A stretch of 64,000 bases of DNA from Bugula neritina. Lineage: Eukaryota > Animalia > Bryozoa. Position numbers and translations under genes: made by a program. How positions within the stretch are numbered: position 1 is the first letter of the stretch; each line of letters opens with the position of its first letter. Below the pieces are notes generated by a model that saw only the letters and a program-made list of their open reading frames with translations, ran no database searches and was not told where the DNA came from. The stretch spans positions 18,191,081 to 18,255,080 of the forward strand of contig OZ037766.1 in NCBI GenBank assembly GCA_964035545.1, written 5' to 3'. Below, in pieces: positions 50,301 to 63,300 of this stretch.

Positions 50301-53209
50301 TACTGAAATACACTGTAACATACTGAATTACACTGCAACATGCTGCAACATACTGAAATACACTGTAACATATTGAAATACATTGCAACACATTGAAATA
50401 AGTTGCAAGATACCGAAATATGCTGCAACATACTGAAAGACACTAAAACTCACTGAAGTATAGTGAAAAATTTAAAAATGCACTGTGGCATACTGAAATA
50501 TACTGAAACACGCTGAAATAAACTGGAACATACTGAAATAAACTGTAACATACTGAGATATACTGCAAGATACTGAAATATACTACAACTCACTGAAGTA
50601 TAGCGTAATTTGCACAAATGTACTGTAACACACTGAAATTTATTGTATCATACTGAAATATACTGCAACGTACTGAAATACACTGTAACATACTAAAATA
50701 TATTGCAAAATGCTGCAACATACTTAAATATACTGCAACATACTGAAAGACACTAGAACTCACTGAAGTATAGTGTAATATCTGCAAATGCACTGTAACA
50801 TACTGAAAATTACTGTAACACACTGAAATATACTGTAACATACTGAAATATACTGTAACATACTGAGATATACTGCGAGATTCTGAAATATTCTACAACT
50901 CACTGAAGTATAGTGTAATTTACGGAAATGTACTGTAACATACTGAAATTTATTGTAACATACTGAATTATACTGCAACATACTGAAATACACTGTAACA
51001 TACTGAAAGACACTAAAACTCACTGAAGTATAGTGTAATATCTGCAAATGCACTGTAACATATTGAAATTTACTGTAACACAGTGAAATATACTGTAACA
51101 TACTGAAATATACTGTAACATACTGAGATATACTGCAAGATACTGAAATATACTACAACTTACTGAAGTATAGTGTAATTTACGAAAATGTACTGTAACA
51201 TACTGGAATTTATTGTATCATACTGAAATATACTGCAACATACTGAAATACACTGTAACATACTGAAACATATTGCAAAGTACTGCAACATACTGAAATA
51301 CACTGTAACATACTGAAAGACGCTGTAACATACTGAAAGACACTAAAACTCACTGAAGTATAGTGTAATATCTGCAAATGCACTGTAACATATTGAAATT
51401 TACTGTAACACAGTGAAATATACTGTAACATACTGAGATATACTGCAAGATACTGAAATATACTACAACTCACTGAAGTATAGTGTAATTTACGAAAATG
51501 TACTGTAACATACTGAAATTTATTGTAACATACTGAGTTATGCTGCAACATACTGAAATACACTGTAACATACTGAAACATATTGCAAAGTACTGCAACA
51601 TACTGAAATACACTGTAACATACTGAAAGACGCTGTATCATAATGAAATATACTATAACCCACTGAAATATACTGCAACATACTGAAATATACTGTAACA
51701 AACTGAAATATACTGCAACATACTGAAATACACTGTAACATACAGAAATACACTGCAACATACTGCAGCAAACTGCAACATACTGCAACATACTGAAATA
51801 CACTGTAACATATTGAAATACACTGCAACACATTGAAATATGCTTCAACATACCGAAATATATGGTAACCTACTGAAATATGTTGCAAACTACTGAAATA
51901 TACTGCAACATACTGCAACTTAATGAAATATACTGTAACACACTGAAATATACTGCACAATACTGCAAAATACTGTAACATACTGAAACATACTGCAACA
52001 TCCTGAAATATACTGCAACATGCTGAAATATACTGCAAGACACTGAAACCTACTGAAATACACTGTAACATACTGAAATACACTGCAACATACTGCAACA
52101 TACTGAAATACATTGTGACATATTGAAATGCATTGCAACACATTGAAATATGTTGCAAGATACTGAAATATAATGCAACATACTGAACGACACTAAAACT
52201 CACTGAAGTATAGTGTAATACCTGAAAATGCACTGTGATATACTGAAATACACTGTAACACACTGAAATATACTGCAAAATACTGAAACATACTGAAATA
52301 TATTGCAAAATACTGCAACATACTGAAATACGGTTTGACATACTGAAATACACTGTAACATACTGATATGCACTGCAACATACTGAAATATACGGCAACA
52401 TACTGGAACATACTGGAATATACTGTAACCCACTGAAATATACTACAACATACTGAAATATACTGCAAGATACTGAAACCTACTGAAATACACTGTAACA
52501 TACTGAAATACACTGCAACATGCTGCAACATACTGAAATACACTGTAACATATTGAAATACATTGCAACACATTGAAATAAGTTGCAAGATACCGAAATA
52601 TACTGCAACATACTGAAAGACACTAAAACTCACTGAAGTATAGTGAAAAATGTAAAAATGCACTGTGGCATACTGAAATATACTGAAACACGCTGAAATA
52701 TACTGGAACATACTGAAATAAACTGTAACATACTGAGATATACTGCAAGATACTGAAATATACTACAACTCACTGAAGTATAGCGTAATTTGCAGAAATG
52801 TACTTTAACACACTGAAATTTATTGTATCATACTGAAATATACTGCAACGTACTGAAATACACTGTAACATACTAAAATATATTGCAAAAAACTGCAACA
52901 TACCTAAATATACTGCAACATACTAAAAGACACTAAAACTCACTGAAGTATAGTGTAATATCTGCAAATGCACTGTAACATACTGAAATTTACTGTAACA
53001 CACTGAAAAATACTGTAACATACTGAAATATACTGTAACATATTGAGATATACTGCGAGATACTGAAATATGCTACAACTCACTGAAGTATAGTGTAATT
53101 TACGGAAATGTACTGTAACATACTGAAATTTATTGTAACATACTGAATTATACTGCAACATACTGAAATACACTGCAACATACTGAAATACACTGTAACA
53201 TACTGAAAG
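24731..53209. repeat. Tandem duplication of a ~12.8-kb super-unit: copy A 24731-40389 (15659 bp), copy B 40390-53209 (12820 bp)
   Basis: Shared private variants ACGTTGCAAA 27761/43420, ATATAGAAAT 27921/43580, ATAATGGAAC 28351/44010, ACGGTTTGAC 39510/52330 and GTACTTTAAC 39980/52800. Offsets step from 15659 to 13199 to 12820. This is explained exactly by A having +2320, +140, +380 and -1 bp relative to B. Confidence 0.88.
29185..33856. repeat. Tandem 2320-bp duplication, apparently identical copies
   Basis: Every ORF-track entry from 29229 to 31119 recurs with identical translation at +2320. The private variant ATAGTGTATT occurs at 30331 and 32651. Confidence 0.92.
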
Positions 53210-56200
53210 ACACTAAAACTCACTGAAGTATAGTGAAAAATTTAAAAATGCACTGTGGCATACTGAAATATACTGAAACACGCTGAAATATACTGGAACA
53301 TACTGAAATAAACTGTAACATACTGAGATATACTGCAAGATACTGAAATATGCTACAACTCACTGAAGTATAGTGTAATTTACGGAAATGTACTGTAACA
53401 TACTGAAACCTACTGAAATACACTGTAACATACTGAAATACACTGCAACATACTGCAACATACTGAAAAACACTAAAACTCACTGAAGTATAGTGTAATA
53501 TCTGGAAATGCACTGTGACATACTGAAATATACTGAAACATACTGAAATATACTGCAACATACTGAAATATACTGTAACATACTGAGATATACTGCAAGA
53601 TACCAAAATGTACTACAACTCACTGAAGTATAGTGTAATTTACGAAAATGTACTGTAACATACTGGAATTTATTGTATCATACTGAAATATACTGCAACA
53701 TACTGAAATACACTGTAACATACTAAAATGTATTGCAAAATACTGCAACATACTGAGATATACTGCAACATACTGAAAGACACTAAAACTCACTGAAGTA
53801 TAGTGTAATATCTGCAAATGCACTGTAACATACTGAAATTTACTGTAACACACTGAAATATACTGTAACATACTGAAATACACAGTAACATACTGAGATA
53901 TACTGCAAGATACTGAAATATACTACAACTCACTGAAGTATAGTGTAATATCTGCAAATGCACTGTAACATACTGAAATTTACTGTAACACACTGAAATA
54001 TACTGTAACATACAGAAATATACTGTAACATACTGAGATATACTGCAAGATACTGAAATATACTACAACTCACTGAAGTATAGTGTAATTTACGGAAATG
54101 TACTGTAACATACTGAAATTTATTGTAACATACTGAATTATACTGCAACATACTGAAATACACTGCAACATACTGAAATACACTGTAACATACTGAAAGA
54201 CACTAAAACTCACTGAAGTATAGTGTAATATCTGCAAAAGCACTGTAACATATTGAAATTTACTGTAACACAGTGAAATATACTGTAACATACTGAAATA
54301 TACTGTAACATACTGAGATATACTGCAAGATACTGAAATATACTACAACTCACTGAAGTATAGTGTAATTTACAAAAATGTACTGTAACAAACTGAAATA
54401 TACTGCAACATACTGAAATACACTGTAACATACAGAAATACACTGCAACATACTGCAGCAAACTGCAACATACTGCAACATACTGAAATACACTGTAACA
54501 TATTGAAATACACTGCAACACATTGAAATATGCTTCAACATACCGAAATATATGGTAACCTACTGAAATATGTTGCAAACTACTGAAATATACTGCAACA
54601 TACTGCAACTTAATGAAATATACTGTAACACACTGAAATATACTGCAAAATACTGCAAAATACTGTAACATACTGAAACATACTGCAACATCCTGAAATA
54701 TACTGCAACATGCTGAAATATACTGCAAGACACTGAAACCTACTGAAATACACTGTAACATACTGAAATACACTGCAACATACTGCAACATACTGAAATA
54801 CATTGTAACATATTGAAATGCATTGCAACACATTGAAATATGTTGCAAGATACTGAAATATACTGCAACATACTGAACGACACTAAAACTCACTGAAGTA
54901 TAGTGTAATACCTGAAAATGCACTGTGATATACTGGAATACACTGTAACACACTGAAATATAATGCAAAATACTGAAACATACTGAAATATATTGCAAAA
55001 TACTGCAACATACTGAAATACACTGTAACATACTGAAACACACTGCAACATACTGAAATATACTGCAACATACTGGAACATACTGGAATATACTGTAACC
55101 CACTGAAATATACTGCAACATACTGAAATATACTGCAAGATACTGAAACCTACTGTAATACACTGTAACATACTGAAATACACTGCAACATGCTGCAACA
55201 TACTGAAATACACTGTAACATATTGAAATACATTGCAACACATTGAAATAAGTTGCAAGATACCGAAATATACTGCAACATACTGAAAGACACTAAAACT
55301 CACTGAAGTATAGTGAAAAATCTAAAAATGCACTGTGGCATACTGAAATATACTGAAACACGCTGAAATATACTGGAACATACTGAAATAAACTGTAACA
55401 TACTGAGATATACTGCAAGATACTGAAATATGCTACAACTCACTGAAGTATAGTGTAATTTACGGAAATGTACTGTAACATACTGAAATTTATTGTAACA
55501 TACTGAATTATACTGCAACATACTAAAAAACACTGTAACATACTGAAAGACACTAAAACTCACTGAAGTATAGTGTAATATCTGCAAATGCACTGTAATA
55601 TATTGAAATTTACTGTAACACAGTGAAATATACTGTAACATACTGAAATATACTGTAACATACTGAGATATACTGCAAGATACTGAAATATACTACAACT
55701 CACTGAAGTATAGTGTAATTTACGAAAATGTACTGTAACATACTGAAATTTATTGTAACATACTGAATTATACTGCAACATACTGGAATACACTGTAACA
55801 TACTGAAACATATTGCAAAATACTGCAACATACTGAAATACACTGTAACATACTGAAAGACGCCGTATCATACTGAAATATACTATAACCCACTGAAATA
55901 TACTGCAACATACTGAAAAATACTGTAACATACTGAAATATACTGCAACATACTGAAATACACTGTAACATACAGAAATACACTGCAACATACTGCAGCA
56001 TACTGCAACATACTGCAACATGCTGAAATACACTGTAACATATTGAAATACACTGCAACACATTGAAATATGCTGCAACATACCGAAATATATGGTAACC
56101 TACTGAAATATGTTGCAAACTACTGAAATATACTGCAACATACTGCAACATAATGATATATACTGTAACACACTGAACTATACTGCAAAATACTGCAAAA

Positions 56201-59200
56201 TACTGTAACATACTGAAACATACTGCAACATCCTGAAATCTACTGCAACATGCTGAATTATACTGCAAGACACTGAAACCTACTGAAATACACTGTAACA
56301 TACTGAAATACACTGCAACATACTGCAACATACTGAAAAACACTAAAACTCACTGAAGTATAGTGTAATATCTGGAAATGCACTGTGACATACTGAAATA
56401 TACTGAAACACGCTGAAATATACTGCAACATACTGAAATATACTGTAACATACTGAGATATACTGCAAGATACCAAAATGTACTACAACTCACTGAAGTA
56501 TAGTGTAATTTACGAAAATGTACTGTAACATACTGGAATTTATTGTATCATACTGAAATATACTGCAACATACTGAAATACACTGTAACATACTAAAATG
56601 TATTGCAAAATACTGCAACATACTGAGATATACTGCAACATACTGAAAGACACTAAAACTCACTGAAGTATAGTGTAATATCTGCAAATGCACTGTAACA
56701 TACTGAAATTTACTGTAACACACTGAAATATACTGTAACATACTGAAATACACAGTAACATACTGAGATATACTGCAAGATACTGAAATATACTACAACT
56801 CACTGAAGTATAGTGTAATATCTGCAAATGCACTGTAACATACTGAAATTTACTGTAACACACTGAAATATACTGTAACATACAGAAATATACTGTAACA
56901 TACTGAGATATACTGCAAGATACTGAAATATACTACAACTCACTGAAGTATAGTGTAATTTACGGAAATGTACTGTAACATACTGAAATTTATTGTAACA
57001 TACTGAATTATACTGCAACATACTGAAATACACTGCAACATACTGAAATACACTGTAACATACTGAAAGACACTAAAACTCACTGAAGTATAGTGTAATA
57101 TCTGCAAAAGCACTGTAACATATTGAAATTTACTGTAACACAGTGAAATATACTGTAACATACTGAAATATACTGTAACATACTGAGATATACTGCAAGA
57201 TACTGAAATATACTACAACTCACTGAAGTATAGTGTAATTTACAAAAATGTACTGTAACATACTGAAATTTATTGTAACATACTGAGTTATACTGCAACA
57301 TACTGAAATACACTGTAACATACTGAAACATATTGCAAAGTACTGCAACATACTGAAATACACTGTAACATATTGAAAGACGCTGTATCATAATGAAATA
57401 TACTATAACCCACTGAAATATACTGCAACATACTGAAATATACTGTAACAAACTGAAATATACTGCAACATACTGAAATACACTGTAACATACAGAAATA
57501 CACTGCAACATACTGCAGCAAACTGCAACATACTGCAACATACTGAAATACACTGTAACATATTGAAATACACTGCAACACATTGAAATATGCTTCAACA
57601 TACCGAAATATATGGTAACCTACTGAAATATGTTGCAAACTACTGAAATATACTGCAACATACTGCAACTTAATGAAATATACTGTAACACACTGAAATA
57701 TACTGCAAAATACTGCAAAATACTGTAACATACTGAAACATACTGCAACATCCTGAAATATACTGCAACATGCTGAAATATACTGCAAGACACTGAAACC
57801 TACTGAAATACACTGTAACATACTGAAATACACTGCAACATACTGCAACATACTGAAATACATTGTAACATATTGAAATGCATTGCAACACATTGAAATA
57901 TGTTGCAAGATACTGAAATATACTGCAACATACTGAACGACACTAAAACTCACTGAAGTATAGTGTAATACCTGAAAATGCACTGTGATATACTGGAATA
58001 CACTGTAACACACTGAAATATAATGCAAAATACTGAAACATACTGAAATATATTGCAAAATACTGCAACATACTGAAATACAGTTTAACATACTGAAACA
58101 CACTGCAACACATCGGAATAAACTGTAACATACTTAAATATACGGTAATATACTGAAATATACTGTAACACATTGAACAACACTGCAACATACTGAAATA
58201 CACTGTATCATACTGGGATATACTATAACCCACTGAAATATACTGCAACATACTGAAAACACTGCAACACATTGAAATATGCTGTAACATACTGAAATAT
58301 ATGGTAACCTACTGAAATATGTTGCAAATTACTGAAATACACTGTAACATACGGAAATATACTGGAAGATACTGAAACCTACTGAAATACACTGTAACAT
58401 ACTGAAATACACTGCAACATGCTGCAACATACTGAAATACACTGTAACATATTGAAATACATTGCAACACATTGAAATAAGTTGCAAGATACCGAAATAT
58501 ACTGCAACATACTGAAAGACACTAAAACTCACTGAAGTATAGTGAAAAATCTAAAAATGCACTGTGGCATACTGAAATATACTGAAACACGCTGAAATAT
58601 ACTGGAACATACTGAAATAAACTGTAACATACTGAGATATACTGCAAGATACTGAAATATGCTACAACTCACTGAAGTATAGTGTAATTTACGGAAATGT
58701 ACTGTAACATACTGAAATTTATTGTAACATACTGAATTATACTGCAACATACTGAAAAACACTGTAACATACTGAAAGACACTAAAACTCACTGAAGTAT
58801 AGTGTAATATCTGCAAATGCACTGTAATATATTGAAATTTACTGTAACACATTGAAATATGCTGCAACATACCGAAATATATGGTAACCTACTGAAATAT
58901 GTTGCAAACTACTGAAATATACTGCAACATACTGCAACATAATGATATATACTGTAACACACTGAACTATACTGCAAAATACTGCAAAATACTGTAACAT
59001 ACTGAAACATACTGCAACATCCTGAAATATACTGCAACATGCTGAATTATGCTGCAAGACACTGAAGCCTACTGAAATACACTGTAACATACTGAAATAC
59101 ACTGCAACATACTGCAACATACTGAAAAACACTAAAACTTACTGAAGTATAGTGTAATATCTGGAAATGCACTGTGACATACTGAAATATACTGAAACAC

Positions 59201-59568
59201 GCTGAAATATACTGCAACATACTGAAATATACTGTAACATACTGAGATATACTGCAAGATACCAAAATGTACTACAACTCACTGAAGTATAGTGTAATTT
59301 ACGAAAATGTACTGTAACATACTGGAATTTATTGTATCATACTGAAATATACTGCAACATACTGAAATACACTGTAACATACTAAAATGTATTGCAAAAT
59401 ACTGCAACATACTGAGATATACTGCAACATACTGAAAGACACTAAAACTCACTGAAGTATAGTGTAATATCTGCAAATGCACTGTAACATACTGAAATTT
59501 ACTGTAACACACTGAAATATACTGTAACATACTGAAACACACAGTAACATACTGAGATATACTGCAAG

Positions 59569-59591
59569 CACAGGATAGTTAAGGGCATCCT
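59569..59591 (+). repeat. Left terminal inverted repeat (23 bp)
   Basis: CACAGGATAGTTAAGGGCATCCT. The first 19 bp match the reverse complement of the right end perfectly, followed by one mismatch at position 20 and 3 more matches. Confidence 0.95.
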
Positions 59592-59976
59592 CACTAAGAA
59601 TATCATAAATTTCTCTCAAAATGTAGCTCAGGTTCTTGAATAATATTGCTTTGCGGGTGGCATGCGTGTTGCCTACTTGTAATTGTTTAGCCTAAGATTA
59701 AACTACAACCAATAAGCAGCAACCTTCATTAGGGCTGTGTTATCTATCAACTTCCATTATGGGTGCTACATAAACAAAGTACAAAGCAAGCTATTCATAT
59801 TAGCCTGCCAGCGAGCAAGCCTGTAATTAGCATGTACGCGCCAATATCTTCTCATCCCTAAGTGCTCATTGAAGCGTGAATTGCTGCGCGCTGCTAGTTT
59901 CTTATGAAAAAATACGGCATTTTCAGTGTATAAATCACCACTTTATGAGCAATCTAGCAGAGTTATTGGAAAAAGA

Positions 59977-60252
59977 AAAAAAGTTGCACTGGAGAAATAT
60001 CTCAGGATTCCAACAGTGCAATTTTTATTCAGATATCATGTTTTGCTGCAGAGATATTTTACTGGTACTGAAAAGTCAGCTTTTCAGGCAAAATTGGCCA
60101 AAATTGGGCAGTTTTTTGTCTATAACTTTGCAAAAAAAATGAAAATTGAATTTTCCAAAAAACTTGCACTGGGGAAAAAGAAGATCTACAACATAGTTTT
60201 TAAATTTTGACTCTAGCACAATTAGGTGAGATTTTATTTTACTGGTACTGAA
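59977..60252 (+). repeat. Diverged internal direct repeat (180-bp offset) within the transposon
   Basis: AAAAAAGTTGCACTGGAGAAA (59977) corresponds to AAAAAACTTGCACTGGGGAAA (60157). TATTTTACTGGTACTGAA is identical at 60055-60072 and 60235-60252. Both pairs are offset by exactly 180 bp. Confidence 0.8.
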
Positions 60253-60300
60253 TTCTTATATGATTACAATGCAAACCTCAGCAAGGCAGTTGCAGCTAAA

Positions 60301-60323
60301 AGGTTGCCCTTAACTATCCTGTG
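60301..60323 (-). repeat. Right terminal inverted repeat (23 bp)
   Basis: AGGTTGCCCTTAACTATCCTGTG, whose reverse complement is CACAGGATAGTTAAGGGCAACCT. Confidence 0.95.
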
Positions 60324-60325
60324 AG
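60324..60325 (+). other. 2-bp target-site duplication (AG); the other copy is at 59567-59568
   Basis: The empty paralogous site at 56770-56789 reads ATACTGCAAG|ATACTGAAAT. The filled site reads ATACTGCAAG-[element]-AG-ATACTGAAAT. Confidence 0.92.
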
Positions 60326-63300
60326 ATACTGAAATATACTACAACTCACTGAAGTATAGTGTAATATCTGCAAATGCACTGTAACATACTGAAATTTACT
60401 GTAACACACTGAAATATACTGTAACATACAGAAATATACTGTAACATACTGAGATATACTGCAAGATACTGAAATATACTACAACTCACTGAAGTATAGT
60501 GTAATTTACGGAAATGTACTGTAACATACTGAAATTTATTGTAACATACTGAATTATACTGCAACATACTGAAATACACTGCAACATACTGAAATACACT
60601 GTAACATACTGAAAGACACTAAAACTCACTGAAGTATAGTGTAATATCTGCAAATGCACTGTAACATATTGAAATTTACTGTAACACAGTGAAATATACT
60701 GTAACATACTGAAATATACTGTAACATACTGAGATATACTGCAAGATACTGAAATATACTACAACTCACTGAAGTATAGTGTAATTTACAAAAATGTACT
60801 GTAACATACTGAAATTTATTGTAACATACTGAGTTATACTGCAACATACTGAAATACACTGTAACATACTGAAACATATTGCAAAGTACTGCAACATACT
60901 GAAATACACTGTAACATACTGAAAGACGCTGTATCCTAATGAAATATACTATAACCCACTGAAATATACTGCAACATACTGAAATATACTGTAACAAACT
61001 GAAATATACTGCAACATACTGAAATACACTGTAACATACAGAAATACACTGCAACATACTGCAGCAAACTGCAACATACTGCAACATACTGAAATACACT
61101 GTAACATATTGAAATACACTGCAACACATTGAAATATGCTTCAACATACCGAAATGTATGGTAACCTACTGAAATATGTTGCAAACTACTGAAATATACT
61201 GCAACATACTGCAACTTAATGAAATATACTGTAACACACTGAAATATACTGCAAAATACTGCAAAATACTGTAACATACGGAAACATACTGCAACATCCT
61301 GAAATATACTGCAACATGCTGAAATATACTGCAAGACACTGAAACCTACTGAAATACACTGTAACATACTGAAATACACTGCAACATACTGCAACATACT
61401 GAAATGCATTGTAACATATTGAAATGCATTGCAACACATTGAAATATGTTGCAAGATACTGAAATATACTGCAACATACTGAACGACACTAAAACTCACT
61501 GAAGTATAGTGTAATACCTGAAAATGCACTGTGATATACTGAAATACACTGTAACACACTGAAATATAATGCAAAATACTGAAACATACTGAAATATATT
61601 GCAAAATACTGCAACATACTGAAATACAGTTTAACATACTGAAACACACTGCAACACATCGGAATAAACTGTAACATACTTAAATATACGGTAATATACT
61701 GAAATATACTGTAACACATTGAACAACACTGCAACATACTGAAATACACTGTATCATACTGGGATATACTGTAACCCACTGAAATATACTGCAACATACT
61801 GAAAACACTGCAACACATTGAAATATGCTGTAACATACCGAAATATATGGTAACCTACTGAAATATGTTGCAAATTACTGAAATACACTGTAACATACGG
61901 AAATATACTGGAAGATACTGAAACCTACTGAAATACACTGTAACATACTGAAATACACTGCAACATGCTGCAACATACTGAAATACACTGTAACATATTG
62001 AAATACATTGCAACACATTGAAATAAGTTGCAAGATACCGAAATATACTGCAACATACTGAAAGACACTAAAACTCACTGAAGTATAGTGAAAAATCTAA
62101 AAATGCACTGTGGCATACTGAAATATACTGAAACAGGCTGAAATATACTGGAACATACTGAAATAAACTGTAACATACTGAGATATACTGCAAGATACTG
62201 AAATATGCTACAACTCACTGAAGTATAGTGTAATTTACGGAAATGTACTGTAACATACTGAAATTTATTGTAACATACTGAATTATACTGCAACATACTG
62301 AAAAACACTGTAACATACTGAAAGACACTAAAACTCACTGAAGTATAGTGTAATATCTGCAAATGCACTGTAATATATTGAAATTTACTGTAACACAGTG
62401 AAATATACTGTAACATACTGAAATATACTGTAACATACTGAGATATACTGCAAGATACTGAAATATACTACAACTCACTGAAGTATAGTGTAATTTACGA
62501 AAATGTACTGTAACATACTGGAATTTATTGTAACATACTGAATTATACTGCAACATACTGGAATACACTGTAACATACTGAAACATATTGCAAAATACTG
62601 CAACATACTGAAATACACTGTAACATACTGAAAGACGCCGTATCATACTGAAATATACTATAACCCACTGAAATATACTGCAACATACTGAAAAATACTG
62701 TAACATACTGAAATATACTGCAACATACTGAAATACACTGTAACATACAGAAATACACTGCAACATACTGCAGCATACTGCAACATACTGCAACATGCTG
62801 AAATACACTGTAACATATTGAAATACACTGCAACACATTGAAATATGCTGCAACATACCGAAATATATGGTAACCTACTGAAATATGTTGCAAACTACTG
62901 AAATATACTGCAACATACTGCAACATAATGATATATACTGTAACACACTGAACTATACTGCAAAATACTGCAAAATACTGTAACATACTGAAACATACTG
63001 CAACATCCTGAAATATTCTGCAACATGCTGAATTATACTGCAAGACACTGAAACCTACTGAAATACACTGTAACATACTGAAATACACTGCAACATACTG
63101 CAACATACTGAAAAACACTAAAACTCACTGAAGTATAGTGTAATATCTGGAAATGCACTGTGACATACTGAAATATACTGAAACACGCTGAAATATACTG
63201 CAACATACTGAAATATACTGTAACATACTGAGATATACTGCAAGATACCAAAATGTACTACAACTCACTGAAGTATAGTGTAATTTACGAAAATGTACTG

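Larger units (their letters stand above)
1..59568. repeat. 10-bp-monomer satellite array (A[T/C]ACTG[A/C/T]AA[T/C]), left segment, with nested higher-order structure
   Basis: Continuous head-to-tail decamers ATACTGAAAT, ATACTGCAAC, ACACTGTAAC, ATACTGTAAC and their variants. They stay in register with the 10-base columns from position 1 to 34380, then shift by 1-bp deletions at ~34381 and ~58258. One orientation throughout. The array runs off the left edge. Confidence 0.99.
59569..60323. mobile_element. 755-bp non-autonomous TIR DNA transposon (MITE-like), probably CMC/EnSpm(CACTA) superfamily
   Basis: This is the only non-satellite sequence in the window. The left end CACAGGATAGTTAAGGGCATCCT and the right end AGGTTGCCCTTAACTATCCTGTG are reverse complements at 22/23 positions. 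It is flanked by a duplicated AG at 59567-68 and 60324-25. The decamer register shifts from 9 to 6 mod 10, as expected for 755+2 bp. No transposase-sized ORF. Transposon status is directly visible. The superfamily call is an inference from CAC termini plus a 2-bp TSD (~0.6). Confidence 0.93.

Noticed and set aside
59569-59600. CACAG terminus resembling the RAG RSS heptamer (CACAGTG) or a Transib/ProtoRAG end
   Set aside because: Only 5 of 7 heptamer positions match, there is no nonamer, and the TSD is 2 bp rather than the 5 bp made by Transib/RAG.
59622-59640. TAGCTCAGGTT, resembling a Pol III A-box (tRNA/SINE)
   Set aside because: No B-box (GTTCRANNC) at a suitable distance, no cloverleaf and no tail. 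The element is bounded by TIRs.
59876-60210. Two plus-strand ORFs (88 and 94 aa) inside the transposon
   Set aside because: They are short, overlap each other in different frames and run through A/T tracts. They show no recognisable DDE transposase or other motif. A decayed fragment cannot be excluded without a translated search.
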